From positions 16,845,881-16,909,880 of the forward strand of contig NC_092678.1 of NCBI RefSeq assembly GCF_964355755.1: DNA of 64,000 nucleotides, given 5' to 3'. Shown in pieces: positions 1-12,672 of this stretch. Both the position numbers and the translations under genes were made by a program. This stretch comes from Antedon mediterranea (lineage: Eukaryota > Animalia > Echinodermata). Position 1 is the stretch's first letter; each line of letters starts with the position of its first letter. The notes below the pieces were generated by a model. The model was not told the origin of the DNA. It saw nothing but the letters and a program-made list of their open reading frames with translations, and searched no databases.

Positions 1-1108
1 CCAGCCACCATCAACAAACCTTAACTCCTCCCCTGGACAGTTCAAATTTAGTAACTTTTCCTAGTACAATCCAATCATATAGGCTACTTCATAACGCTAG
101 TATTTTCGCTCCTCCTCCCTCTACAAAAAACACACGCCAGATACACTGGGTGATCTGTTGAAGCCGGTTCCAGTACAATTTATATTATTATCACTCCCAA
201 CCCATAATCCCTCAGTGGCAGTTTTCAAATGTAGTTTAAAACATTCCAAATACAGTTTCGGTCATGGTGATAGGCCTAGATGTACATCCCCACCCCAAAC
301 TCCCATCCGCTTCCCAGGGATGATTAAATACTTTAAAAGTTTCCAACCACAATTCTGGTGTAAGCAAAATCCCCACTCTCTCCTGAAACCAAACTCCCAA
401 ACCCTATCTCCCAACCCCACTCTCCCACAATGTACGTTTTTTTCCTTGGAGGATTGGTGATGTAGTTGAACACAGTAACAGTAAACAACATGTGTATGTT
501 CACACAGGTATGGATGTCTGTAATGAGGCAATCCAAGAGACCAACAAATAGCTGGATATGGTTAAAGTACTTTGCTAAATGTGTAATTGAATAGGTGTCA
601 TATTGTTTAATGAATGAAATATGTATAGCTATATCTATATTTCCCCAAACGCCTTGCTGAGGATAATTCAAATACTGTAAAACTTTTGTAGTATAATTTT
701 ACAATTCGATAGCCTACAACCCCGAGCCCTAGCAAAAATGACATCACAAACCACCACACAACCACCCCCCCCCCCCCACCCATTCCACAAAAACCCCAGG
801 AGTCGGGGGAATTTTTTTAAATGTAGTTTAAAACCTTCCGGGTACAATTGCCATCATTTTGATACCCCATACGTATGGTTACGTGCAGACACAGACATTT
901 TTATAACGAACAAACATCGAAAGTGGGGGTTTTGACCACATTTTGGTCCCTAACTTGGATCCTAGGTGGCGGATGATGTTGAAATATAGCTTAGAACATT
1001 CCCGGTACAATTGCGGTCATTTTGATACCCCATATGTAAGATTATGTGCAGTAACAAAATTTTGTATAACGAACAAACAGACAAACAGACAAACTCTCTC
1101 ACTATAGA
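1..1108 (-). mobile_element. Non-autonomous Helitron-like element (partial) with internal sub-repeats
   Basis: Minus strand reads A|TCTATAGTGAGAGAGTTTGTCTGTTTGTCTG from 1108, a TC start followed by a (TGTC/TGTT) microsatellite. Blocks 841-920 and 1005-1080 are duplicated (gtacaattgc..cattttgataccccata..ataacgaacaaaca). The 3' CTAG end is not identified. Confidence 0.4.
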
Positions 1109-1533
1109 TACTAACTCTTAACTCTTTTACAGTAATCCCTTAATATAAATACATTTCTTCTTCGTTTAATGTATAATTTGTCATCACTGATAGTTGTGAT
1201 ACTGTAATTGTTTTTCTTTTATACATCACATTTTGTTGGGAACGAGCCTCCATTTTAAAATAAAGATGTTATTATTATTAATATTATTAATATTATTATT
1301 AGAATAGGCGCATGTCAATATTTTTTCAATTATTATAATACATTTGATTTATAGAGGGGGTTTTCTAAAGGAGAACAGAATACAGTAGTATCAGATCAGA
1401 TGTATATTTTTAGATCAAAAGAATGTATAGCGGTGTTATTCTTCCTGTTAACGCTTTGTCTGGAACTGTTTACTTTATTTATCGACAAAATCACATTTAC
1501 CGGTCCATAGTTTAAACATGGAAATTGGTTAAT

Positions 1534-1704
1534 TGACTCACGTGCCTTAAAAAAAATGAGTTGGTATTTGAATTGACGTTGATGGTGATTTGGTGTTTCT
1601 AAACAATGAAAAGTAGCCGGCCAATCACGGTGGTTTTAACAATGTTTACATAGGCAATGAGCTATGAAAAAGGTGTGGCCACCAGCATGATAATTGTATA
1701 TAAA
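1534..1704 (+). promoter_or_regulatory. MAT-A proximal promoter (AP-1/E-box, CCAAT, TATA)
   Basis: TGACTCACGTG at ~1534, GCCAATCACGGT at 1620-1631, GTGGCCAC at 1675-1682 and TATATAAA at 1697-1704, 86 nt before the ATG. The CCAAT, GTGGCCAC and TATA blocks recur in the same order upstream of MAT-B. Confidence 0.65.
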
Positions 1705-1789
1705 CCTAAATTTCTCAGTACTTTCTTCACACTTTTTTACTTGTAAACCCGATTAAACAAATTGTCAAGAGTAGGTCTACCGTAGAACA

Positions 1790-4700
1790 ATGTCTGAAAC
1801 ATTTCTTTTTACATCAGAATCAGTAGGAGAAGGCCATCCAGGTAAGTGTACTTTTTTTATATGACCCTTCATTTTAATCTGTCATACATAGTCAGAGATG
1901 TTTGCTTGGCAACAAAGTCACGGAAGTACGTCATTTCACGTGACTTATACCTTTACTCTTGCGATGGGGCACGTAGGTCATAATACTATGACGTTGGTCA
2001 GTAAATATCGTTTTATTAACTTATGTTTACCTGTCCTACATGTTATTACATATGTTGTTACGTCATGTTTTGTTTTCTAACAACAGTGCTCTATTTATTC
2101 AAACCAAAATTGGCCCTTTTAGGTTATCATAATTCAGGACTGTTAAATGATTTTCCTTTATACAGTTGTCACTTGATCAATTTTGAAAAATATTATGCAA
2201 AAGATAGAACACTTGTTTAATTGTATTTATTTTACAATTGATATGCCATGATTCCTTCTTCGCCTCCCCTATTTCAAAATCATAGATTCGCCATTGCTCT
2301 TTGATCATTAAAAAACAAAAACCCGTACTCAACCTTCTCCACCCGATCCTCTGCAAAACGTAATGTTAAATAGTAAAGTTAATATTGTGTTAAAAAAGTA
2401 AATTACCATACAATGTATTTTATAGCTTGTTAACATTATGTGAACAAAAAGTCATATATTTTATTACAGTCAATTAAATGCAACGATGTTGGTGTGTTTA
2501 TGTCTCCTACTGTTAATCAATCAAACTAGTTTGACCAAAAAAATGTGTCAATTGAGCACATTACTTTTTTTTTTCACATAAAAATGTAATCAGGGAAGAG
2601 TGAAATGTCACGTTTGATTCAAGATTCAAGACATTTTATTGGTCAATTTTAAAATGACAATTTTGTTTTGCCTGACATAATTAAGACAATAAAACAACAA
2701 AGACAACATACTTCAAATTGCAAATGGCAATGTTAAAATACTATTAAAATTTAAAATAAAAATTACAACAAATATTTATCGACGAACGTTAAAATTCCCT
2801 GAATTAATAGTGTAGAGAGACATTAAGGCTTATATACCCATTTTCTATGTAAACTATCTCCCAAACCAATCTATCAACTAAGCTCGCCTTGCCAATATAT
2901 GAACTTACAACAGTCCTTTGATCTTCTGATTGGCTGCGACAAATTCATACTAGTTGTGGTTACAGTACATTATTCTCCGGTTTCTGTTAAGAATTAGGAA
3001 GGAGAACTGACCGTGTCGCAAGATGAAACCATTGATCTAACAGAGCTCAGCATCATGTAGTTAGATTGCCTTGCTCAAACGTAGAAGTTGACAGCTTGTT
3101 TTTTTCCTTCTAGATAAACTATGTGATCAAGTAAGTGATGCTGTGCTAGATGCTCATCTTGCTCAGGATCCATATGCTAAGGTAGCATGTGGTAAGTGTA
3201 GAAAATACTCAAACTTTCCTAACGACCAGTTGAATGAACATAGGCTACGTATAACTATGTTTCTAACCACAAAGCTCATTGACATTTGATGATATTGTTA
3301 TAGTATTGTAGTATGTAATATGTATTTCACTTAACCACAAATTCTTTTTGTAGATATATATATTAGAATATTTATAAAATAATAATACAATCATTGTATA
3401 AATTAAGCTTTAATGTGAAGATCCATAGAAATTATATTGAGAAGAAATAGTTAAGAAAAATAATGAAATTTAAAAACATGCAAAATAATAATATGATTGG
3501 TCAATTACACATCACGTTTCATTTAGAATTAGTCCTATCTAATAAAAAAGAGTGATATCTGATGGATGGTGATAATATACGGCGCTAATGCACGTTCAGC
3601 TTTATGTAAACATTTTGAGAAGTATTGTTACGCGACGTTGTTGACTGATTTTTATGCGCGCTGTTTATAACTGTTCTACTCCGCGTCTAAAGTTGGAGTA
3701 TGGCCTTTTTTAATGTCTTAGCTTCCCGGCTTAGCATTCGTCAATGATTTACGATCTATACATGAAATAGAAGTAGGTGTGTTATAAAACAAATAATGAA
3801 TGTTTTGTATATTCGTTGAATGGAAAGTAGATTTATCTAATTTCAACTCGGCTCGCACCTCGTTAAAAATAGAGAAGTCCATTTGTCCACTTATGAAATA
3901 TTCTCACCATCCAAATCATAAACATTCATTATTTTGTATAACTAACACATTATACATGCATCGACAAAGAAAGTCTGTAGAAATTATGCTAAATATTATA
4001 ATAGACAATAATAATAGTAGTATAATAGATACATGTGAAGATCATTTGCTGTTATAATTTAGCTCATAGACGACTAGGGTGATATTATAACTTGTTTATG
4101 TAGTTTTTAAAGTCTAGTTTGCCATACAATTTTGTTTTGTTTATCATTTATGATTAGAATCGGTCTCTAAGACCGGCCTGATCCTTGTAGCTGGAGAGAT
4201 TACATCAAAGGCAAACGTTGATTATCAGAAAGTTATCAGGAATACCATCAAGAGAATTGGCTACGATGATTCCTCTAAAGGTAATTAACTCCATGAAAGA
4301 GAATTTTTGATTTGTGACGACTAAATTACGTCATGTCAATTAATTGTGCGCATGCGGATATATATTGGAACATGTGTCCTGGCTATTTACATCGACACCA
4401 AGTTGTTTAGGTTCAGACGACGACCGACGGCACATCAATTGGCTTGACCTACATCGGTCGTCGGTCGTCGCAAATCGAAAGTTAAATTAATTAATTTTAT
4501 TACTTTTGCCACAAAACTGAAATATGTAATATGGCACACATGTTATATCGGTTATATTCCAAAATTATACCCATAGTTAAATGAAATACTTCTATTTTCT
4601 TTGACTACATGATCATAATATTTAGATAACTGAGTTTCCCTTTTGTATTGTTTATTTTGCAAATGTTTATAATACAAAGTCTTAGTGGATATGTACGTGA

Positions 4701-7700
4701 GTTTTTTGTTCAATAAAAAAACGTGGTATGAAAAAAGCACAATGTTTAGCTAGGTATAGTGTAAAGAGGGCCCCTAGATATCAGTTGACCTACGGGTTCA
4801 GCTGGAATGGTTGCCCTCTCTAATTTAATTTGAAATAAATATATGAATTCAACGAATATAAACATATTGTTGCCAACAATAAACTTTTATCCAATAAACA
4901 TTATTGTATTTCTTTTGTTAGGTTTTGACAGCGAAACTTGCAATGTTCTTATCGCATTGGAAGAACAAGCTCCCGAGATTGCCGCTGCTGTCCACATCGA
5001 CAAAAAGGAGGAAGACATAGGTGCTGGTGATCAGGTAGGCGTACTGCTGTAGAAAGGTAGCACACAATATGGCACAACCATGATTACAAGTTTGGGCTTC
5101 ATGAAGTAACCAACCAACAAACATTTAAAAGCGATTGTAATAAAGTTTCGAAATGTACCATGTCATCAGCATTACTTATTAGAACGCTTCTCATTGGGTA
5201 ACAAAAAACCTCCTACAGACTGTGTACAATCGTCGCCTGCAATACTTGATTTTACCCGCAGAAAGAGCGAAAGCACTAAACTTAGCCTAGCGTCGTCTTA
5301 GGCCAATTGTCTGTAGACAAACCATGACATTTCGGATTGAACAAGCAATGCAGCGTGACGGGAGGTCAAAATGCTCTCAAGAATTTAATTTCCTGCTACA
5401 CAAATACTTTTACGTGGGAAATATGAGTAAAGTCAAATGTTTTGCCTTCTCTGACATTGTTCATTATTGAAAACACTGTATTTCACAATTAATTATGAGG
5501 TGGGAATCAAGCTCCCGATCATTAGCCTGGCGTTTGTTTTAGAAGTAAAATACAATTCAAATTCTTTATTGCAACAAAGTAAATATTGTTGAATTTACAA
5601 TATTAAAATATCAATTAATAAATATTAACAGATACAAGTTCATTACAACATATAAAAATGAAATTAACATTTTTAAAGCATAAATTTAAAACAAGCTCTT
5701 TGAATCATATGTTTATACCTATATAATACTTATCTGTTGATTTAGATTAATTAAAAATTCTAGGCTCTCATACAGTATACCACCAGGAGTATACCACAAA
5801 ATGACTTTTATTGTTGTTTTTGTTTAAATTAATATTACTGTTTAAATAATAGGGACTTATGTTCGGTTATGCCACCAATGAAACTGAAGAACTAATGCCA
5901 TTGACAGTAGTTCTGGCTCATGGTCTGACAAAGAAGTTAGCTGAAGAAAGGAGAAAAGAAAACGGTAAAATGTCGTACCTCAGACCAGATTGCAAAAGCC
6001 AGGTATAATTTTGTTTTTGTATAATCACTTTTGTGAAATCCTGATTAGCTACAACAACTCTCATTTCCTCACTAAAGCTTTTTTCATAGGTCACTATAGA
6101 ATACAAAATAGTTGATGGATGTTGTATTCCACTACGCGTACACACCGTACTCATCTCAACTCAGCATAGTGACAGCGTAGGTCAAGATCAAATAAAGAAG
6201 GACCTAGCAGAGATTGTAATTCCTGCTGTTATTCCAGCCAAGTACCGTGATAAGAAAACAATTTACCACTTCAATCCCTCTGGAAGTTTTGTTATCGGTG
6301 GTCCAAAGGTAATTATATGTTGTACAGTATGTGTAAACTGTTTTATGTTTTTCTGAACACCTTCAATTATTACTGTTATGTCGGTAAATCATTTTCTAAC
6401 GGCATTATCTAAATTCATTGGTACTTTTACTTACACATTTCTGGCAACCGAAGGCATAGTGAACCAACTGAGTAGGGATACTTTATCTTATATATGCCTG
6501 CTATGCATTACGTCATTCAGAAATATTATTCAAGCGTAACGAATGTAGAGCCAACGTCACCACACAATAATTACAAAAGATTTTTTAATACGACTCGCTT
6601 TTGTATGCGACCAAAAGTGTTTATTTCTTTCTCCTAGATGGTTTGATGGCAACTAAGACTATTCACGAGTGAATTTAACGACAATTAATTCTGAGTCCAA
6701 ATATTTACAAACCATTTATAATTGAGATTTATATAATTTATAGGGAGATGCAGGCCTAACTGGACGCAAGATCATAGTAGACACTTACGGTGGATGGGGA
6801 GCTCACGGTGGTGGTGCATTCTCAGGCAAAGATGTCACCAAGGTTGATCGTTCTGCTGCATATGCCGCACGATGGGTTGCTAAATCTTTAGTAGCTGGAA
6901 AAGTGTGCAAAAGAGCTCTTGTGCAGGTAATGTTTCCCAATCATCTTGTTGATCTTGTATTTTGCAATTTATAGATGGCATTTATACAAATTGAAACAAA
7001 ATATATAAAAATATTAGATATATTTAGATATACAGAATATACAATATATCATTACAATTGAAAACAATTAAAAAACGTGTAATAACATCTCCTTTCAACC
7101 ATTCGTTACAGCAGTAACACTTTTCCATAAGGGTGTGTTGAGATAATTTAAATTATCGGTTAATTTTCACGTCAATAAGATAATTATTACAAAATCTGCA
7201 GATATTACCGAAAAACAGTCACAACGCACCAATGTTTCGTTCAGGTCAAATGTTAAATTTATCGCATTTATTCAATATTTATTTGATTTGAATGAGATAT
7301 TGGTTATTTTTTCTAAAGCGGATTCGGTTAAACCTCGTTTCCACGGGAATTTATCGGTTAATTATCGATTAATTTTTTGTTAATTATCGGTAGATGTTTG
7401 GCTGTGGAACAAAATTAGACAAATCTGTATAAAAGGGGTCATCCGATTACTGCTAGTTTAAGATGTTAATTAATTCCTAATCACAACTCAACAATCTGTC
7501 GTTCAGGTCAAATGTTAAAACTATCGCATTTATTCAATACTTATCTTCTTTGAATGTGATAATTATTGGTTATTTTGTTCTCTAAAACACTACAGACGAA
7601 TTTTCTGATAAAAATGTTTGAATTCGTTTTATAGGTGGCATATGCCATTGGAATCGCTGAACCGCTATCTGTCACGGTATGGGACTACGAGACGTCTGGA

Positions 7701-8195
7701 AAAAGTAAAAAAGAACTGCTCAAGATTGTCAATGACAATTTTGACCTTCGACCTGGTGTGATAATCAGGTAAGTCAAATAAAGTAATATATTTTTTCACG
7801 TGACGTTCAGTTTTCGGTTCAATCCAAGAGTTTTTTTTTAATAGGTCGAACGCCAACCTATAATTTTGGGTCTTTGACTGTCTTATTCTGCGACTATTAA
7901 TAGGAGAGCAGTTTTGTGACTGCACCTCTCGTCTAACCTTTGACATTTATAAAAGATGGAAGCAACGTGCTAATTGATTTTTTTTTGTTTAAATTAACTT
8001 TTTTTTTTTTTTTCGTTGAACAATCAAAAATTTATTTAAATTCATGAAAAGATTCTACCAATTTTTTTATTTGTATAATATTATCTCTTTAGGGAGCTGG
8101 ATCTACGAAAGCCAATTTATGAAAAGACTGCGTCATTTGGCCATTTTGGAAGGTCTGAATTTACCTGGGAAAAACCAAAAAAACTGAAATTATAA
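1790..8195 (+). CDS. MAT: S-adenosylmethionine synthetase (methionine adenosyltransferase), copy A, 9 exons, ~384 aa
   Basis: Exons 1790-1841, 3114-3191, 4158-4280, 4922-5034, 5853-6002, 6090-6308, 6744-6926, 7635-7768, 8093-8195. All introns GT-AG with consistent phases, total 1155 nt. Family motifs [57 protein letters not shown]. Confidence 0.97.
3350..3952. mobile_element. Degenerate non-autonomous DNA element (Crypton-like) in MAT-A intron 2
   Basis: Inverted pair ggatggtga (~3564) / tcaccatcc (~3904) and aactcggctcgcacctcgtt, a motif common in such invertebrate elements. Boundaries and family are approximate. Confidence 0.25.
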
Positions 8196-9264
8196 ATTTA
8201 ATTCAGCTACATAGTAAAACAATATGTTTGTGCAGATGCAAATGTAAACAGAAAACAAGAGTGGTCAGGAAATAGCACATTTATGTTAGTACATATACTA
8301 CCGTATAGATAAAACTAAATTTACTTTAATAATTTACAACAAAAGAAAAACAATATTTAGTAATAATATATTCAATAATAATAAAGATACTATAAATTAT
8401 ATAGTATTAATAAGACAAGTTAAAATTTCTATTTAATTGTTATTATATTTTTTTTATATTTTAAGTAATATATAAGTAATAGTAATAATAATAGATACTT
8501 TATTTTAAGCTTGTGTCACCATAAAGGTGTTCTTCTACAAGGCTGTGATCAACATACAGTAATAAATTACAAATTTAAAAATAACAAATGAGAGAACAAA
8601 ATATATAAACGGAAACCTTAATTACATTACACCAATAATAAGTATTTTACATTTGTGGCATTTTGCATTGGTTTTTTTTAGAGTATTCCATAATCTAGCA
8701 CCACGCTACTAGGCTAAAATATAAACAAAAAGTTAAATTAGGACCATAACTTCTTACTAACTTTATAATTAATTTTGACATTTTTAGCAACATGTTTTAA
8801 AGTTGAAAAAAAAACATAGACACATTAGCGCCCCTAACGGTTTATTATGACTGGATATAATAATTGTAGCCGTCTGTTTACAATTTTCTTAAAACAAATC
8901 AATATGACCAATGTATAAATGAGAAAAGAAAACTTAAGAAATGATTGTATTAATATATTATTTTGTTAATCGAATCACTTACAATTTCGACATAACTAAT
9001 TAATAAAATAATAACCACAAATAAAATTATAATGGTTTTTTGAAAGTAAATAAATTGTTTTCAAACGTAAAAAGAAGTGTATCAACATTATATTTTAATT
9101 TTGTTATGTTTTCTCTTTTTTGATATAATTAAATAAAAATGAAAGTAGCCCTATGGTAATTTAGAAGGGCACAAAACAAAAGTACAGTGGTCTTAAGACG
9201 AAACCAACATGGTGGTTTTTCAAAATGTGTATTTCTTACAAATTGTTTTTATAGAAACTTGTCA

Positions 9265-10415
9265 TGCATGTGAATCACATAATGTGATTTGCGCATGTTA
9301 CCTCAATATAATAATTTTAGAGAGACAATATTTTGGCCATTTTCAGAAAAAAAAATTCCTGTAAAAATAGTACCCGTACAGAAATATTTCAGAAAATAGC
9401 CACATTTCGAACCTCATTATTTTTTTTACATAACTGGCTACTATATCGTAATTGACATGCGCATAATCACATAATGTCTTCTGCGCATGTTACCTCAACA
9501 CATTTTAGTAGGCCTAAGCCATATTTTGGAAAATTCCTGTACTTTAGTTTTTGGAAAATGGTCAAATTTCGACCCTCAGTATGTTTTTACTTGATTGGCT
9601 ACTATTCGCAGAATTACATAATGTGTTCTGCGCATGTTACCTAAGCATATTTAAAAAAGTATTTTTTTGCCATTTCCCGAAAAAGACCGTGTACTATAGT
9701 ACATGGAATATTTCGAAAATTGGCAAAATTTCGACCCTCTTTTTTTTGGATATAATTCGTTACTATATAATCACATGCGCAGACTTACATAATGTGTTCT
9801 GCGCATGTTACCCATATTTTAGAAAGTATTTTTTTGCCATTTCCCGAAAAAGACCCTGTACTATAGTACATGGAATAATTCGAAAATTGGCAAAATGTCG
9901 ACCCTCTTATTTTTTTGACATAAGTCGCTACTATATAATCACATGCGCAGACTTACATAATGTGTTCTGCGCATGTTACCTCAGCATATTTTAGAAAGAA
10001 AATTGTTTAGCCATTTCCGAAAAAGACACTGTAATATTATAGTACATGGAATATTTGAAAAATTGGCAAAATTTCGACCCTCTTATTTTGACAAAACTCG
10101 CTACTATATAATGACATGCGCAGAATCACATAATGTGTTCTGCGTATATATTTTTGAAAATAAAAATGTTGGCCATTATCCAACAAAAATCCTTGTACTT
10201 TAGTACAGGGAATTTTTCGAAAAATGGCCAAATTTCTACCCTCTTATATAACTGGTTACCTTAACATATTTTAGAAATTCATTATTTTGGCAATTTTCCG
10301 AAAAAAAATCCTCTACTATAGTAAATGGAAAATTATTTTAGAAAGTCAATTTTTTTGCCATTATCTGACAAAAATCCTTGTACTATTAGTACAGAAAATT
10401 TTCGAATAATTGGCT
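9265..10415. repeat. Degenerate tandem repeat, ~170-bp unit, ~6-7 copies
   Basis: cataatgtgttctgcgcatgttacc recurs at ~9278, 9470, 9617, 9788, 9956 and 10129, each followed by tagtacatggaa...aaaatttcgaccctc-like blocks. Confidence 0.9.
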
Positions 10416-10902
10416 ATAGACACATTTCATTAACGGGTTCCATGTAGTTGTGCAAGCATCACAACAACTTAAAACATTTAAAATCTGTTTTTCAAATGAT
10501 ATTTATGAAATATATTTCAAATGGCAAAAATCGCATGGTTTCCATATTTTTAAAGCAAATTAATTACACTTTGACCTAATATTTTTATTTTCCAAACGCT
10601 AGAGGACTTGGAACGTATTGAAGTATCTGTATATCTTTACCTATGTCTAAGCGACTTTTTGTTGCTTGCCGTTGTCGACTTTTCTCGACATCAGTATGAT
10701 AAGGGGTTTTAAAATGGTCGACATTTTACTATAAGTGCTAGAGGTATAAACTCCCTTACTCAATAATTCGCAAAAGACAGCACTAACAATTTGTTTCCCC
10801 TAAAAAATACCTCTTGCACATAGGTTTTACCTCATCATCAGTAAGCTGTTATGTGTTTTATTGTTTTGAAAAGGCAAAGTGACTAACAACATTTTAAACC
10901 TA

Positions 10903-11393
10903 CACTGTAAAAATAGTGTTTAGATCTTAAACACCTATTTTGTACCCACTTTTTCCACACGTTTAGCTTTTAGACACGAGTTACATGTTTAGCGTGTTTA
11001 AAAGCTAAACGTGTTTATAGCTACATGTTGTTTTCCTCCACTTGACTAATGTCAATATTATGTTCAATTACTCCACATGTTTAGCAGTCAAAATGTTTAG
11101 GTATGTGTTTAGCGTTGCGTGCATACGATTTTACTGTGGCAGAAAAAAGCTCCACACATGAGCTCCACACATGGCAAATTAAACACGTTTAAAACCTAAA
11201 CTTGTCTTCATATTGCTCCACAATATTGCTTAACAATCAATACGTAACTGATGTGTTGAGTTGGATACAGACTACATGTTTAGAATGTGTTTAGAACCTA
11301 AACATGTTTCACTTCTAAACATGTTTAAGGCTAAATGTGTGGAAAAAGTGGGTTCAAAATACATATTTAAGATCTAAACACAATTTTAAAGTG
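10903..11393. mobile_element. MITE with long imperfect TIRs (CACTG-type ends, TA flanks; CACTA/EnSpm-like)
   Basis: ta|CACTGTAAAAATAGTGTTTAGATCTTAAA...TTTAAGATCTAAACACAATTTTAAAGTG|ta, about 65-bp inverted ends, internal catgtttag repeats. Confidence 0.7.
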
Positions 11394-12672
11394 TAATAAA
11401 TGCAGTCAAGTGTAACACGATAACATCACAAAGTGTATTAGTAAAACGATCTATAGGCCTAATCACTATACAACATTATTTGTTTATAGTATACTTGTAC
11501 CTTATCTAAGTGTGTGCATAGACATAGAGAAATATCAAGCAGTACAATAAAAACTTACCAAACGACTAAAAAAAGTAAACAAACAACATATTATATTACA
11601 CAATAAGTCTACTTCGTCGGAGAACATTCAGTCTCCTACCTGCCCACTTCAAGCATCTAATCATGTCCTATTTGTACAGTCTAGAGCAGCAGCAGCAGGT
11701 GAGAGTATACTAAACATCTGAAGGCTATGCTTCAGTGAATTTAATACAACTAAAAGTATCGTTCACAGGCTTAGTACGGACTATTTGTACTTAAACTTAA
11801 TATTTATTTATAATTTAACAGGATGTTTTAGTTAAAGCTACAGTAAACGAACATTACGTTAAAATACGTGCGCAATAATCGGTGTATGATATACTATGGT
11901 TTATTTATACAATAGTGCTTAAAGTTAACCAAGACTAAACTTATTGTTTACCGAATCAATACGGACTATTTGTAATAGTCATAGTCATAGTCATATATAC
12001 TTTATTGTCCATTTAATAAACTTACTATTCAATTTATAGCTAAACACGATGTTTTAGTTGAAGGTAAGTAAACAAAAATTCACGTTAAAATGATATTTGA
12101 AATATGATATACCATTGTATAAAGTTTATGTAAAATAGTGGTAAAATGGTGGTCCATTAACTGAAATCTTATTTGAGAAATAATCAACAAAGAAATAAAG
12201 AATTTAACAAAATATCGTACTAATTGCCGAAAAAAAATTAATGCGAATAGAAAATTAACGTTGATGAAATTATTCGTAAATGTTTATGCTTAATCAGTCT
12301 ATTATAGTGAACGTGAAAATGTTAATATATAAAAACAAATTGTGACAAGAATCTTGCTCACAAATCGTTTGTATAGTATCACCTATAATAAATGTGTAAT
12401 CAATGTTTGGTGGCCGATTACTTAATAATAAAACGTACAGCAGAATCAATATGAAAGGTTGGTTGGGTTAACAACCTAAAAAGACACTATTACTAACATG
12501 TCATTTATTACTAAATCTTTATTTTTGATTATTTTATTTAATTATTTTATTGTTTCAAAACCCAACCAAACAGCAAAATAATTTGGTCTTCTTTTTAACT
12601 GTAGAGAAAACAATAATATGTCTTTTATTAAATATAAGGATACATTTTGTTTGGAGTCTTAATCACCAACTG

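Noticed and set aside
9551-10231. 147-, 76- and 64-aa ORFs with internal repeats
   Set aside because: They are translations of the 170-bp tandem repeat, with frames shifting between units.
10385-10400. TACAGAAAA in the 170-bp repeat as a MAT2A-type METTL16 hairpin
   Set aside because: It is 2.2 kb past the MAT-A stop and beyond several AATAAA signals, the other units do not keep the nonamer, and no enclosing stem is evident.
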